The notes beneath the pieces are model-generated. The model saw nothing but the letters and a program-made list of their open reading frames with translations, was not told where the DNA came from and ran no database searches. DNA of 64,000 nt from Bacteroidales bacterium (lineage in GTDB: Bacteria > Bacteroidota > Bacteroidia > Bacteroidales > GCA-2711565), in assembly GCA_028280405.1 (NCBI GenBank), contig JANQLW010000013.1, positions 6,902 to 70,901 of the forward strand. The letters run 5' to 3'. Shown here one piece after another: positions 47,337 through 57,656 of the stretch. Every line of letters begins with the position of its first letter. The first letter of the stretch is position 1. Both the position numbers and the translations under genes were made by a program.

Positions 47337-49262
47337 ATGGGAAAAATAATTGGAATTGACCTTGGTACTACAAACTCATGCGTTTCAGTAATGGAAGGAA
47401 ACGAACCAGTAGTAATTCCTAATAGCGAAGGTCGTAGAACAACTCCTTCAATCGTTGCATTTACTGACAACAACGAACGTAAAATCGGAGACCCTGCAAA
47501 AAGACAATCTATTACCAATCCTGAAAAAACTGTTTATTCGATCAAACGTTTTATGGGAGAAACTTTTGACAGAGTACAAAAAGAAATTAACAGAGTACCT
47601 TATAAGGTAATAAAAGGAGATAACAATACCCCTCGTGTTCAAATCGACGACCGAAAATATACTCCTCAGGAAATTTCAGCTATGATTCTTCAAAAAATGA
47701 AGAAAACTGCTGAAGATTATTTAGGGCAAACAGTTACTGAAGCTGTAATTACGGTGCCTGCTTATTTTAGTGACTCTCAAAGACAAGCAACCAAAGAAGC
47801 TGGAGAAATTGCTGGTTTAACAGTAAAAAGAATTATCAATGAGCCAACAGCTGCTTCTTTAGCTTATGGTTTGGATAAGAAAAAATCTGATAGCAAAATT
47901 GCTGTATTCGATTTAGGTGGTGGTACTTTTGACATCTCTATCCTTGAATTAGGTGATGGGGTATTTGAAGTTAAATCGACCAATGGTGACACTCACTTAG
48001 GTGGTGATGATTTTGATCAGGCTATTATTGATTGGCTGGCTGAAGAATTCATCAAAGATGAAAACATTGATCTTCGTAAAGATCCTATGGCACTACAGCG
48101 CTTGAAAGAAGGTGCAGAAAAAGCTAAGATTGAATTATCAAGCTCTGCTGAAACAGAGATCAATCTTCCATACATTATGCCTGTTGATGGTGTTCCAAAA
48201 CACTTGGTACGTAAACTAACCAGATCACAATTCGAACAGTTAACTTATGAGCTTGTACAAGCAACCATAGAGCCATGTAAAATTGCATTGAAGGATGCTG
48301 GGATGTCTCCATCAGATATTGACGAAGTATTGTTAGTGGGGGGATCAACCCGTATGCCTGCAATTCAAAGTGTAGTAAAAGAATTTTTTGGTAAAGATCC
48401 TTCAAAAGGCGTTAATCCTGATGAGGTTGTAGCTGTAGGTGCTGCAATCCAAGGAGGTGTTTTAACAGGTGAAGTTAAAGATGTTCTTCTTTTAGACGTT
48501 ACCCCACTTTCATTAGGAATTGAAACTTTAGGTGGTGTAATGACTAAACTCATCGAATCTAATACTACCATTCCTACTAAAAAATCTGAAACTTTCTCAA
48601 CAGCTGCAGATAATCAAACTTCTGTTGAAATTCATATTCTTCAGGGTGAACGTCCAATGGCAAACCAAAACAAGAGTATTGGCCGTTTCCATTTAGATGG
48701 CATTCCACCTGCACCAAGAGGGATCCCTCAAATTGAAGTTACTTTTGATATTGACTCAAATGGTATTTTAAATGTTTCTGCAAAAGATAAAGCAACCGGA
48801 AAATCTCAAAATATTCGTATTGAAGCATCTTCAGGATTATCAGATGATGAAATCCAAAAAATGAAAGATGAAGCTGCTGCAAATGAAGAGGAAGATAAAA
48901 AAGCAAAAGAACGTATCGATAAATTGAATTCTGCGGATGCATTAGTATTCCAAACTGAAAAACAATTAAAAGAATACGGTGATAAAATTCCTGCTGAGAA
49001 AAAAGAAGAGATTGAAAAAGCTGCTGCTGAACTAAAGGAAGCACATAAAGCTCAGGATATCGATGCAATTGATAAAGCAATGGAGAAACTAAATGGAATC
49101 TGGCAATCAGCTTCCGAAGAGATGTATAAGAATACTCAAGGACAACCTGGTGCAGGACAACAAGGACAGCCAGGCGCAGATCCAAATGCAGGACAACAAG
49201 GTGGAGGAAAAGATGATGAAGTTACCGACGTTGATTTCGAAGAAGTAAAAGACGATAAGTAA
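47337..49262 (+). CDS. dnaK: Chaperone DnaK
   Basis: [29 protein letters not shown]-terminal DVDFEEV. Confidence 0.99.
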   Translation: MGKIIGIDLGTTNSCVSVMEGNEPVVIPNSEGRRTTPSIVAFTDNNERKIGDPAKRQSITNPEKTVYSIKRFMGETFDRVQKEINRVPYKVIKGDNNTPRVQIDDRKYTPQEISAMILQKMKKTAEDYLGQTVTEAVITVPAYFSDSQRQATKEAGEIAGLTVKRIINEPTAASLAYGLDKKKSDSKIAVFDLGGGTFDISILELGDGVFEVKSTNGDTHLGGDDFDQAIIDWLAEEFIKDENIDLRKDPMALQRLKEGAEKAKIELSSSAETEINLPYIMPVDGVPKHLVRKLTRSQFEQLTYELVQATIEPCKIALKDAGMSPSDIDEVLLVGGSTRMPAIQSVVKEFFGKDPSKGVNPDEVVAVGAAIQGGVLTGEVKDVLLLDVTPLSLGIETLGGVMTKLIESNTTIPTKKSETFSTAADNQTSVEIHILQGERPMANQNKSIGRFHLDGIPPAPRGIPQIEVTFDIDSNGILNVSAKDKATGKSQNIRIEASSGLSDDEIQKMKDEAAANEEEDKKAKERIDKLNSADALVFQTEKQLKEYGDKIPAEKKEEIEKAAAELKEAHKAQDIDAIDKAMEKLNGIWQSASEEMYKNTQGQPGAGQQGQPGADPNAGQQGGGKDDEVTDVDFEEVKDDK

Positions 49263-49285
49263 GATTCTTTACATAATTATAAAAG

Positions 49286-49319
49286 AAAAGCTCATTCGAT
49301 TATTCGAGTGGGCTTTTTT
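49286..49319 (+). terminator. Terminator of dnaK
   Basis: AAAAGCTCATTCGA-ttat-TCGAGTGGGCTTTT followed by a T-run. Confidence 0.85.
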
Positions 49320-49376
49320 CTTTGCGAACCTTTGCTCTACTTGGCGTATCTCTGCGTTATAGCTGTTACGCAAAGA
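49320..49376. repeat. Degenerate CTTTGCG/CGCAAAG repeat cluster
   Basis: CTTTGCG, CTTTGCT, CTTGGCG, CTCTGCG, then an inverted CGCAAAG. Confidence 0.5.
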
Positions 49377-49418
49377 TTTTTTACATTTGAGATCAAAATT
49401 TTATTGACTTAAAAAAAT

Positions 49419-50432
49419 ATGAAAATGAATCACCTAAGAAAATTGGGAATAATTTTTATTTCCTTACTCACAATTTCAACTTCTGCTCAATTCGACGACC
49501 CTGAATACAACGAGAGTTGTACCTCTATTATGGTTGGTAAAAAAGCCAGTACGGATGGTTCTGTCATGACAGCCCATACCTGTGATGCTTATTACAGAAC
49601 ATGGCTGGAATTTGTTCCACAAAAATTTGAAAAAGATACGACTGTTGCAATCAGATGGGGAACTATGCATACACATACGGCATGGAGTAATGAAAACATT
49701 GAGGTAAAACCGGATAAAAAAGTTGACATCAGAGATGTATTAGCTCTTTATAGAACTACTTACGATGGAACTGAATTTAAAATGATCAGAAACATCAAAA
49801 TAGAAAACAAAAAAAAGGATAAAGAAGGTAAGGAAACTATAGATACGATTGTGAGCCCTTCTGTACATCCCTGGATGGATAGAGATAAACGTAAAATGCT
49901 AAATACATTGAAAAAAGATATCGTATATCGTGAACGTCCGATCGCAGTTCAATACTGTGCTTATTCCTTTGTCGTTCAACTACGTGACTGGTTACCTGAT
50001 GAAATAGGTGGCAGGCTTTTATTCTCAATTGATATACCTCGGTTGAGCCCAAGATTTCCGATTTATGCGGGGAATCTGGATCTGCCAAAGAGCTATAAAA
50101 TAGACAATCAGGATCATTTCAGCAGAGATGCTGCCGGATGGGCTTTCAGAAGAGCTAACCACTTGGCAATGGTCAAATGGGGAGAAGGAAAAAAGATCAT
50201 TGAGCCTTTAGTAAAAGAATATGAAGATCGATTATTTAGTGAAATTGAATACATAGAAAAAAAAGCTTTGGAATTAAAGCAACAAGATGAAGAAAATGCA
50301 AAGAATGGTAAAGAATCCAAACTATGCCGTGAGTTCCTGACTAAATACACCAATGACTTTGCCCGTACTGTCAAAGACAGATGGTGGGAACTTGGAGATG
50401 AGCTTTGGGTGAAATTCAGATGGAAATTTTAG
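49419..50432 (+). CDS. C69 family dipeptidase, apparently internally deleted (possible pseudogene)
   Basis: Signal peptide, then the Ntn start SCTSIMVGKKASTDGSVMTAHTCD; C-terminal YSFVVQLRDWLPDEIGG and AGWAFRRAN. Only 337 aa, with the central region missing. Confidence 0.75.
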   Translation: MKMNHLRKLGIIFISLLTISTSAQFDDPEYNESCTSIMVGKKASTDGSVMTAHTCDAYYRTWLEFVPQKFEKDTTVAIRWGTMHTHTAWSNENIEVKPDKKVDIRDVLALYRTTYDGTEFKMIRNIKIENKKKDKEGKETIDTIVSPSVHPWMDRDKRKMLNTLKKDIVYRERPIAVQYCAYSFVVQLRDWLPDEIGGRLLFSIDIPRLSPRFPIYAGNLDLPKSYKIDNQDHFSRDAAGWAFRRANHLAMVKWGEGKKIIEPLVKEYEDRLFSEIEYIEKKALELKQQDEENAKNGKESKLCREFLTKYTNDFARTVKDRWWELGDELWVKFRWKF

Positions 50433-50456
50433 ATTTTTTTAAGGTTGATTGAAAGG

Positions 50457-50545
50457 CTTGTCATCCTGAGCGAAGCGAAGGAACTCCTTGAATAAACGAC
50501 AGAAAGTAGTTATAGGAGTTCCTTCGCTTCGCTCAGGATGACAAG
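50457..50545. repeat. Perfect 32-bp inverted repeat (REP-like GTCATCCTGAGCG.. element)
   Basis: CTTGTCATCCTGAGCGAAGCGAAGGAACTCCT - 25 nt - AGGAGTTCCTTCGCTTCGCTCAGGATGACAAG. Confidence 0.88.
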
Positions 50546-50559
50546 GATTTATAAAAAAC

Positions 50560-50595
50560 AAAACAGGGTACTACTTTTTGTAGCACCCTGTTTTT
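50560..50595. terminator. Bidirectional terminator
   Basis: AAAACAGGGTACTAC-ttttt-GTAGCACCCTGTTTTT. Confidence 0.75.
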
Positions 50596-50614
50596 ATAGC
50601 ATTATCTTTCTTGT

Positions 50615-51835
50615 TTACTCGAAAGAAAGAATAGATTTCTTGATAATTTCAATTGCTTCTCTTAATTGTTCTTCAGTAATGATCAATGGAGGAGCAAAAC
50701 GAATGATATGTCCGTGGGTTGGTTTGGCAAGAAGTCCGTTCTCAGCCATCTTAACACAAACATCCCAGGCTTCTTTACCATTTTTAGGCTTGATAACTAC
50801 AGCATTCAATAAACCTTTACCACGAACAAGTTCAATCATTTCTGAATCAACTTTTGCAAGTTCTTCGCGGAAAATCTTTCCCAAATACTCAGCTCTTTCT
50901 GCTAATTTTTCATTTTTTACAACTTCAAGAGCTGCAACAGCTACTCTACCGGCAATTGGGTTACCGCCAAAGGTACTTCCATGCTCACCCGGCTTAATAC
51001 AAAGCATGACTTCATCATCAGCTAAAACAGCTGATACCGGGAATACACCGCCAGAAAGTGCTTTTCCCAAAATCAGGATATCAGGACGAACACCTTCATG
51101 CTCAACGGCTAATAATTTACCTGTACGGGCAATACCTGTTTGAACCTCATCAGCAATGAATAATACATTCTTTGCTTTACAAAGCTCATATGCTTTTTTC
51201 AAATATCCTTCGTCCGGCACATAAACACCTGCTTCACCTTGAATAGGCTCAACCAAGAAACCAGCAACATTAGGATCTTCTAATTCACGTTCTAATGCTT
51301 CAATGTCATTATAAGGAATAGTAACGAAACCAGGAGTGAAAGGTCCGAAATTATTTTTAGCGTCTGGATCAGTAGACATGGATACGATGGTAATCGTACG
51401 ACCGTGGAAGTTGTTTTCACAAACGATGATTTTCGCCTGATTTTCAGCAATACCTTTCTTTTCATAAGCCCATTTACGACAAACTTTTAAAGCAGTCTCA
51501 TCTGCTTCAGCGCCTGTGTTCATAGGAAGTACTTTGTCATAACCGAAGTATTCGGTAATGAATTTTTCATAAGGACCTAATTGGTCATTGTAAAATGCAC
51601 GGGACGTCAACGTAAGAGTACGAGCCTGGTCAACCATGGCATCAACAATTTTAGGATGGCAATGACCCTGATTTACTGCAGAATATGCTGAAAGAAAATC
51701 GAAATATTTCTTTCCCTCAAGGTCCCATACAAAGGCACCTTCGCCTTTTGATAATACAACTGGCAACGGATGATAATTATGTGCACCATATTTATCTTCC
51801 ATTTCCATCGCCAATTTTGAAGTCAACTTTGTCAT
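50615..51835 (-). CDS. rocD: Ornithine--oxo-acid transaminase
   Basis: [57 protein letters not shown]. Confidence 0.97.
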   Translation of the reverse strand: MTKLTSKLAMEMEDKYGAHNYHPLPVVLSKGEGAFVWDLEGKKYFDFLSAYSAVNQGHCHPKIVDAMVDQARTLTLTSRAFYNDQLGPYEKFITEYFGYDKVLPMNTGAEADETALKVCRKWAYEKKGIAENQAKIIVCENNFHGRTITIVSMSTDPDAKNNFGPFTPGFVTIPYNDIEALERELEDPNVAGFLVEPIQGEAGVYVPDEGYLKKAYELCKAKNVLFIADEVQTGIARTGKLLAVEHEGVRPDILILGKALSGGVFPVSAVLADDEVMLCIKPGEHGSTFGGNPIAGRVAVAALEVVKNEKLAERAEYLGKIFREELAKVDSEMIELVRGKGLLNAVVIKPKNGKEAWDVCVKMAENGLLAKPTHGHIIRFAPPLIITEEQLREAIEIIKKSILSFE

Positions 51836-51983
51836 CTTAAAAAATTGATTTTAAATGGTTAATAATAATTTTAAACATTTTGCAAAGGTATAACTTTAAA
51901 CTACACTAAAAAGACAAGTACAAACTATTTTTTCTTAATTTTAAATTATTGAATATTAATGCAAAACACACGTATATAAGCCT

Positions 51984-52112
51984 ATGAAATACGATACAGA
52001 TTTAAAAGCCGAAACCCTTGAATCCATAGCACTTGAGATGATGGTTGCTGCCCGAACAGCACCTAAAGTCCGTATAAAGAGGGAAGCAATCCCTTCGATG
52101 TTGATTCTTTAA
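51984..52112 (+). pseudogene. Truncated remnant of a DUF2148/ferredoxin-domain (nitroreductase-like) gene
   Basis: Not in the ORF track. Reads MKYDTDLKAETLESIALEMMVAARTAPK, then unrelated sequence and a stop after 42 aa. Confidence 0.65.
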
Positions 52113-52162
52113 TTAAATATGTTAAACGACAGAAATGTCTACAAAGGAGGGATGGCTTCCCT
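52080..52162. repeat. Inverted-repeat pair at the truncation point
   Basis: AGGGAAGCAATCCCT (52080-52094) / AGGGATGGCTTCCCT (52148-52162), one mismatch. Confidence 0.7.
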
Positions 52163-52223
52163 TGTGTTTCAATTCGCTAATATTAAGATTGTTGTAGAAA
52201 TTTGTCATTGGTATCTCATCATC

Positions 52224-52245
52224 GTCAAAAAACATATTTTTTGAC
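52224..52245. promoter_or_regulatory. Palindromic operator candidate
   Basis: GTCAAAAAA-cata-TTTTTTGAC. Confidence 0.4.
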
Positions 52246-52376
52246 AGAAAATAGGTAAGTCTTCATTTTATCTTCATTTTTCAAATTATTATGGTTTTGA
52301 TTACCTTAAAATAAACCATAATAATGTAGGTAACCTTATCGAAAAAATAGTAATTAACACTTTAAAACCGTTGGAA

Positions 52377-52562
52377 ATGAAAATTGATAAAGAATACACC
52401 TATGCTGAAATTTGCTCTAATGGCTTGAGCCCCAAAAAAGTTTCAAATTTTAATTATAAAGTATTTCAAAAAAGTGAACAGATATTCTTTTTTGAAGAAT
52501 TGAAAAAAAATAAACTGAGGTTATTCAGTGTAATTAATAAAAATTCATTTTATCTTTCATAA
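52377..52562 (+). CDS. Small hypothetical protein (61 aa)
   Basis: MKIDKEYTYAEICSNG...; sits alone in an intergenic gap with an A-rich upstream region. Confidence 0.5.
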   Translation: MKIDKEYTYAEICSNGLSPKKVSNFNYKVFQKSEQIFFFEELKKNKLRLFSVINKNSFYLS

Positions 52563-52595
52563 AAAAGAGGCTTTCCCAAAAGCTACTTAACTCTT

Positions 52596-53327
52596 TTATT
52601 TTATTATTGCTTCCTGAACGATCAGGTCATAGGAATATCCTGCTCCAAAATCTTTGTTCAGCACTACTTTTCCTTTGATGGTAATAATATCACCAACATG
52701 GGCATCATCATCACTGGTTAAAGTTAAGTCAAAATTCTCACCATCTTTAGTTCCATCCTGTATATGAATCCAATTTAAGTTCAAAATGTTTCTGTTTACC
52801 TTAACAACTTTTCCTCTGATGGTTACAATTTTATCTTTATAGTCATTTCGATTTTTAAATAGTTCAGCAATTGTAATGCCATCAGGAGCTTTATCAACTT
52901 TCACATCTTGCATCTTTGCATTTGGTTTTTTCATCATACCACTTTCCATTCCCATTGCACCATGCACGGAAGCTATTTTTGAAACTGCTTCGCCTTTAAT
53001 CGTTTGAACAAATAAAATTCGATCAAATACTTTATTTAATTCTTTGCTTTCAAAATCCTTCATTTCCAGATAATCATCAAATTGAAGTTTAGCACCTTTT
53101 TTCACATCCACTTTGCTAACAGCTATCCAAAAATCTTTATCATCCTCAGTAACTTCCAGGTAAGTATACTGACTTGTTTGAACAACTTCTTTTACAACAA
53201 TATTGTGAGTTTCAATTTTAACATTTGAGGCCTGCTTCTCTCCTTCAACAGCTTTTGCTCTTCCTTGTTCAGATTTACATGCAGTAAATAAGATGATCCC
53301 AATTAGTAGTACATAAAGTAATCTCAT
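52596..53327 (-). CDS. Lipoprotein with OB-fold domains
   Basis: Lipobox FTAC (start MRLLYV at 53327); YTYLEV..WIAV; VRGKVVKVN-like segment followed by NWIHIQDGT and KDFGAGYSY. Confidence 0.8.
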   Translation of the reverse strand: MRLLYVLLIGIILFTACKSEQGRAKAVEGEKQASNVKIETHNIVVKEVVQTSQYTYLEVTEDDKDFWIAVSKVDVKKGAKLQFDDYLEMKDFESKELNKVFDRILFVQTIKGEAVSKIASVHGAMGMESGMMKKPNAKMQDVKVDKAPDGITIAELFKNRNDYKDKIVTIRGKVVKVNRNILNLNWIHIQDGTKDGENFDLTLTSDDDAHVGDIITIKGKVVLNKDFGAGYSYDLIVQEAIIK

Positions 53328-53386
53328 AGTATTAATATTAGTAAAATTTAAAGGATGTAAAGATAACAATTCTTTAAATTAAAGAA

Positions 53387-54463
53387 TTAGAGTAAATGTC
53401 TGAAAGGAAGTAATAACCATTCAAAAAATTTATTGATCACGGGTCTATTTAACCACCTCTCATAATCAAAGGCCTGAGACTGTCTGATCGTTTTCTGAAT
53501 ATGTTTTTCCAACTGAGCTATAATATCTTCTCTTTTTCCAATAATTACCAGCTCGTACATATATCTAAAACTACGATAATCAAAATTTGGAGATCCAATC
53601 GAATAGGTTTCATCATCAATCAATAAAACTTTTGCATGTAAATTGTGAGGGATATAAAACAAAAATTTTACACCGGCCTCATGCATTGGTCCTAAATATT
53701 TATTTCTTAAAATATCCACTACACCTACATCCGAATTTTTCGGAATAATAATCGTTACATCAACTCCTCTTTTGGCAGCATCCATTAATGATTTTCTTAG
53801 TAAAAAGCCGGGAAGAAAATAAGGAGTTTCTATCAACACTTGTTTTTTAGCCCTCTTAATTAACTGCAAATACCTTTTCCCAACCCTTTGAATGGTAATG
53901 GAAGGAACATCCCTGATGATTTCGCAAGTTTGATGTTTTATAGTTCGCGCATTTTTTTTCTTATCAATAACATACTTATTGAAAATTTTAAAATCCTCCT
54001 CAAACAGTTTTTTAAATTTTACAGAAATATCACATTTCAAACGCATTACCATTTCACGCCAGTTCAAATTATACTCTGTGATATTCGTTGAACCTATATA
54101 GCTGATTTCATCATCGATGATCAATAGTTTACGATGATTACGTTTGTGGCCTTTTGTAAAGAAATCAAAATTAAACTTAAGCTTTTCAAAATATCTTACT
54201 TCTCCTCCATAAAATTCCAGCGTCTTAAAGAAACTATCTGATAGGGATTTCCCGCCCCAGGAATCAATCAAAACTTTAACTTCTACACCCTGACGGGCTT
54301 TTTCTGTTAATGCATCCCTAAACTTCACTCCAATAGAGTCATTACCTACCCTATAGGTTTCCAAATAGATATAATGCCTGGCATTTTCAATATCATCCAG
54401 CATCGCATTATAATATTTAATCGGATCATCAAATAAATGATATGGTTCGAAAATCTCTTTCAT
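53387..54463 (-). CDS. Phospholipase D / cardiolipin synthase family (no N-terminal TM anchor, ClsB-like)
   Basis: Two HKD motifs: HRKLLIID and HAKVLLID. Confidence 0.9.
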   Translation of the reverse strand: MKEIFEPYHLFDDPIKYYNAMLDDIENARHYIYLETYRVGNDSIGVKFRDALTEKARQGVEVKVLIDSWGGKSLSDSFFKTLEFYGGEVRYFEKLKFNFDFFTKGHKRNHRKLLIIDDEISYIGSTNITEYNLNWREMVMRLKCDISVKFKKLFEEDFKIFNKYVIDKKKNARTIKHQTCEIIRDVPSITIQRVGKRYLQLIKRAKKQVLIETPYFLPGFLLRKSLMDAAKRGVDVTIIIPKNSDVGVVDILRNKYLGPMHEAGVKFLFYIPHNLHAKVLLIDDETYSIGSPNFDYRSFRYMYELVIIGKREDIIAQLEKHIQKTIRQSQAFDYERWLNRPVINKFFEWLLLPFRHLL

Positions 54464-54600
54464 TTCAATAAGAATTACCAGGGTAAAACAGCCACAACAA
54501 GATACGAAATTTTCATTTTTTTTAATAATAGCTTGGGTTATTTGTAATAATTTGAAATAAACCCTAAGCTTCTTATCTTTGCTAAAAAATATAGACTATT

Positions 54601-55476
54601 ATGATAAAATCCATGACGGGATTTGGGAAAGCTGAACTCGAATTACCTAGCAAAAAGATCACCATAGAGATTAAAAGCCTGAACAGTAAGCAGATTGACC
54701 TGAACACCCGTGTTCCAAGTATATATCGTGGTAAGGAATTAGAAGTTCGTGCATTACTCAGTAATAAGCTTGTTAGAGGAAAAATTGACTTCAGTATTTT
54801 TGTTGAACATACAGGCGACACGATTAATTATTCAATTAACAAAGGGCTTGCTACCAAATATTATGAGGCCATTCAGGATTTAGCTGAAGAAATTAATCAA
54901 CAAAATTTTTCTAATTATTTGCCCATTGTTCTAAAAATGCCTGATGTTTTGAAAACAGAAAAAGAAGATTTTAATGAAGAGGAGTGGGTAATTATCGAAA
55001 GATCAATTGTGGATGCCTTAATTCAGGTAGATGAATTCAGAACTCAAGAAGGGCAGGGACTGGAAAAGGAATTTAACAATCATATTCAAATCATACTTGA
55101 TCTTTTAGATTCAATCGAACCTCATGAAAAAGCAAGAATAGAACAAGTTAAAGAACGTATTCAACGTAACTTAAAAGAAATTTCTGAAGATGTTAAGTTT
55201 GATCAAAACCGTTTTGAGCAGGAGTTGATTTATTATATTGAAAAAATAGACATCACTGAAGAAAAAGTAAGATTGAAGAAACATTGTGATTATTTCCTTG
55301 AAACAATGAACGATGAAATGGCTGGTGGTAAAAAACTGAATTTCATTTCTCAGGAAATCGGGCGTGAAATCAACACACTGGGATCTAAAGCAAATGATGT
55401 GAGTTTACAGAAGATTGTAATCCAGATGAAAGACGAATTGGAAAAAATCAAAGAACAGCTATTTAATATACTATAA
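54601..55476 (+). CDS. yicC: YicC/YloC family endoribonuclease
   Basis: MIKSMTGFG, EIKSLNSK, DITEEKVRL, GKKLNF..QE.GRE.NT.GSKAN. Confidence 0.93.
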   Translation: MIKSMTGFGKAELELPSKKITIEIKSLNSKQIDLNTRVPSIYRGKELEVRALLSNKLVRGKIDFSIFVEHTGDTINYSINKGLATKYYEAIQDLAEEINQQNFSNYLPIVLKMPDVLKTEKEDFNEEEWVIIERSIVDALIQVDEFRTQEGQGLEKEFNNHIQIILDLLDSIEPHEKARIEQVKERIQRNLKEISEDVKFDQNRFEQELIYYIEKIDITEEKVRLKKHCDYFLETMNDEMAGGKKLNFISQEIGREINTLGSKANDVSLQKIVIQMKDELEKIKEQLFNIL

Positions 55477-55478
55477 AT

Positions 55479-56048
55479 ATGGAGGGGAAAGTTGTTATTT
55501 TTTCTGCACCATCAGGAGCCGGTAAAACAACCATCGTTAAAGAGATGCTGAATCAGCAGTTTGGACTGGAATTTTCTATTTCGGCATGCAGCAGAAAAAA
55601 ACGCCCTAATGAAGAAGATGGAAAAGATTATTACTTTTTAAGTACTGAAGAGTTCAAACAAAAAATTGATAATAATGAATTCCTGGAATGGGAAGAAGTT
55701 TATAGCGATCATTTTTATGGCACTTTACGTTCTGAAGTGGATCGCATCTGGTCTAAGGGAAAAGATGTAATTTTTGACCTTGATGTTGTTGGTGGGGCAA
55801 ACGTTAAAAAAATTTTTGGCGATCAGGCTTTATCTATTTTTATCATGCCTCCATCATTGGAGGTTCTTAAGGAGAGGTTATCAAAGCGTTCTACTGAGTC
55901 TGACGAAAGTTTAAAAAGACGTTTAGACAAAGCTGAATTTGAATTAAGCTATGCTAATAAATTTGATGTACAAATTATAAATGATAACCTTGAAGCAGCC
56001 ATTGATGAAGCAAAAGCCGTTGTATTTTCTTTTTTGTCTGTTGAATAA
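55479..56048 (+). CDS. gmk: Guanylate kinase
   Basis: SAPSGAGKTT, E.DGKDYYF, FLEWEEVY...YGT. Confidence 0.97.
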   Translation: MEGKVVIFSAPSGAGKTTIVKEMLNQQFGLEFSISACSRKKRPNEEDGKDYYFLSTEEFKQKIDNNEFLEWEEVYSDHFYGTLRSEVDRIWSKGKDVIFDLDVVGGANVKKIFGDQALSIFIMPPSLEVLKERLSKRSTESDESLKRRLDKAEFELSYANKFDVQIINDNLEAAIDEAKAVVFSFLSVE

Positions 56049-56060
56049 AATATCCTAAAA

Positions 56061-57062
56061 ATGAAATCCGTAGTATTACCGGCATATAATAATAACCTGA
56101 TAAGGGCTCTTCTTGGAATCAGGATTGATGATAAAGATATTCCTCAACCTAAACCCGGACAAGTACAAATTAAAATGGAAGCAGCTCCCTATAATCCTTC
56201 AGATATTGCATTTTTAAGAGGCAGCTATAATGTGGTTAAATCATTACCCTGTATTCCGGGATTTGAAGGATGTGGTATCATTACAGAAACCGGAGAAGGT
56301 ATAAATGATCGTTTTAAAGGGAGAAGAATAAGTTTCTTTGTTCAGGATGATGGTGTTGGTTCATGGTCGGAATATGTAGTAGCTAATATTACTGACTGTA
56401 TTTTTTTAAAAGACGAGATGCCAATGGAACAAGCTGCCTGTTTTGCGGTTAACCCATTTACCGCATTTGGCATGTATGAATTAGCTCAACAGGAAAGTTG
56501 TACAGCAATCATTCAAAATGCAGCTTCCGGACAAGTAAGCAGATTTATTAGCGAGCTAGCCCAGCGAGATGGCTTAAAAGTGATCAATATTGTCAGAAAA
56601 GCAGAACAAGTTGAAGCATTAAAAACAGCCGGAGAAGAAGTTGTACTAAATTCAAACGATGAACAATTTGAAGAAGAACTAAAAAAATTAGCTCATGAAT
56701 TCACTGCAACCATGGCCTATGACGCAATAGGTGGTAAAATGACGGCTCAATTAATAAATGCTATGCCAGCAGATTCAGAAGTAATTGTTTATGGAGGCCT
56801 TTCAGGAATGCCCATTCAAGGGATTGATCCAATGGGAGTTATTTTTGACCGTAAGATTATTACCGGATTTAATTTAATGGATTGGATGGATAGTTTAGAA
56901 GACGGAGAGTTTGAAACAGTATCTGATTATCTTCAGGATTTATTCATAGCAGAAGATTTAAAAACAGAAATTCAAGGCACTTATACATATGATGATGTTG
57001 TAAAAGGCATCCGGGCTTATATTGGAAATATGAGTGCAGGAAAAATCCTTATAACCCCCTAA
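56061..57062 (+). CDS. Medium-chain dehydrogenase/reductase (non-Zn, quinone/enoyl reductase-like)
   Basis: EAAPYNPSD, PGFEGCG, QNAASGQV, YDAIGG, VYGGLS. Confidence 0.85.
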   Translation: MKSVVLPAYNNNLIRALLGIRIDDKDIPQPKPGQVQIKMEAAPYNPSDIAFLRGSYNVVKSLPCIPGFEGCGIITETGEGINDRFKGRRISFFVQDDGVGSWSEYVVANITDCIFLKDEMPMEQAACFAVNPFTAFGMYELAQQESCTAIIQNAASGQVSRFISELAQRDGLKVINIVRKAEQVEALKTAGEEVVLNSNDEQFEEELKKLAHEFTATMAYDAIGGKMTAQLINAMPADSEVIVYGGLSGMPIQGIDPMGVIFDRKIITGFNLMDWMDSLEDGEFETVSDYLQDLFIAEDLKTEIQGTYTYDDVVKGIRAYIGNMSAGKILITP

Positions 57063-57065
57063 CAC

Positions 57066-57644
57066 ATGAAAAAGGTTGGTTTATTTTTCGGTTCTTTTAA
57101 TCCTGTTCACACAGGCCATTTGGCTATTGCAGAGTACATGGTTGAATATACCGACCTTAATCAACTGTGGTTTATAGTAAGCCCTCAAAATCCGTTAAAG
57201 GGAAAAAAAAGCTTATTGGCCGACCACCATCGATGGGCATTGGTTAATCTGGCAGTTGAAAATGATGCCAGGTTCAGAGCCATTGATATTGAATTTAAGA
57301 TGCCACGTCCTTCTTATACTATTGATACCTTAACCCGTTTAAGTGAAAAGTATCCGGATTATGAATTCGTACTAATTTCAGGTACGGATATTTTCGGTTC
57401 ATTGCATAAGTGGAAAAACCATGAACAAATTTTAAAAAATTACAGTTTTTATGTTTATGCAAGGCCAAACTATGAAATGGGGATTTATAAAGATCATCCT
57501 AGAATAAAAATATTTGATGCGCCTCAAATGGAAATATCTTCTTCTTTTATCAGAAAATCAATCAAAGAAAAGAAACAAATACAATATTACCTGCCTCCGG
57601 GTTTATATGACTATATAAAAGAGATGCATTTTTATGAGAAATAA
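57066..57644 (+). CDS. nadD: Nicotinate-nucleotide adenylyltransferase
   Basis: FGSFNPVHTGH, SYTIDTL, EISSSFIR. Confidence 0.96.
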   Translation: MKKVGLFFGSFNPVHTGHLAIAEYMVEYTDLNQLWFIVSPQNPLKGKKSLLADHHRWALVNLAVENDARFRAIDIEFKMPRPSYTIDTLTRLSEKYPDYEFVLISGTDIFGSLHKWKNHEQILKNYSFYVYARPNYEMGIYKDHPRIKIFDAPQMEISSSFIRKSIKEKKQIQYYLPPGLYDYIKEMHFYEK

Positions 57645-57656
57645 TTATAATTGAAC

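Noticed and set aside
48739-49185. 148-aa minus-strand ORF
   Set aside because: Antisense to dnaK, a common codon-bias artefact.
49136-49210. QGQPGAGQ nucleotide repeats
   Set aside because: Normal low-complexity DnaK C-terminal tail.
50538-51143. 201-aa plus-strand ORF
   Set aside because: Antisense shadow of rocD; it starts within a repeat element.
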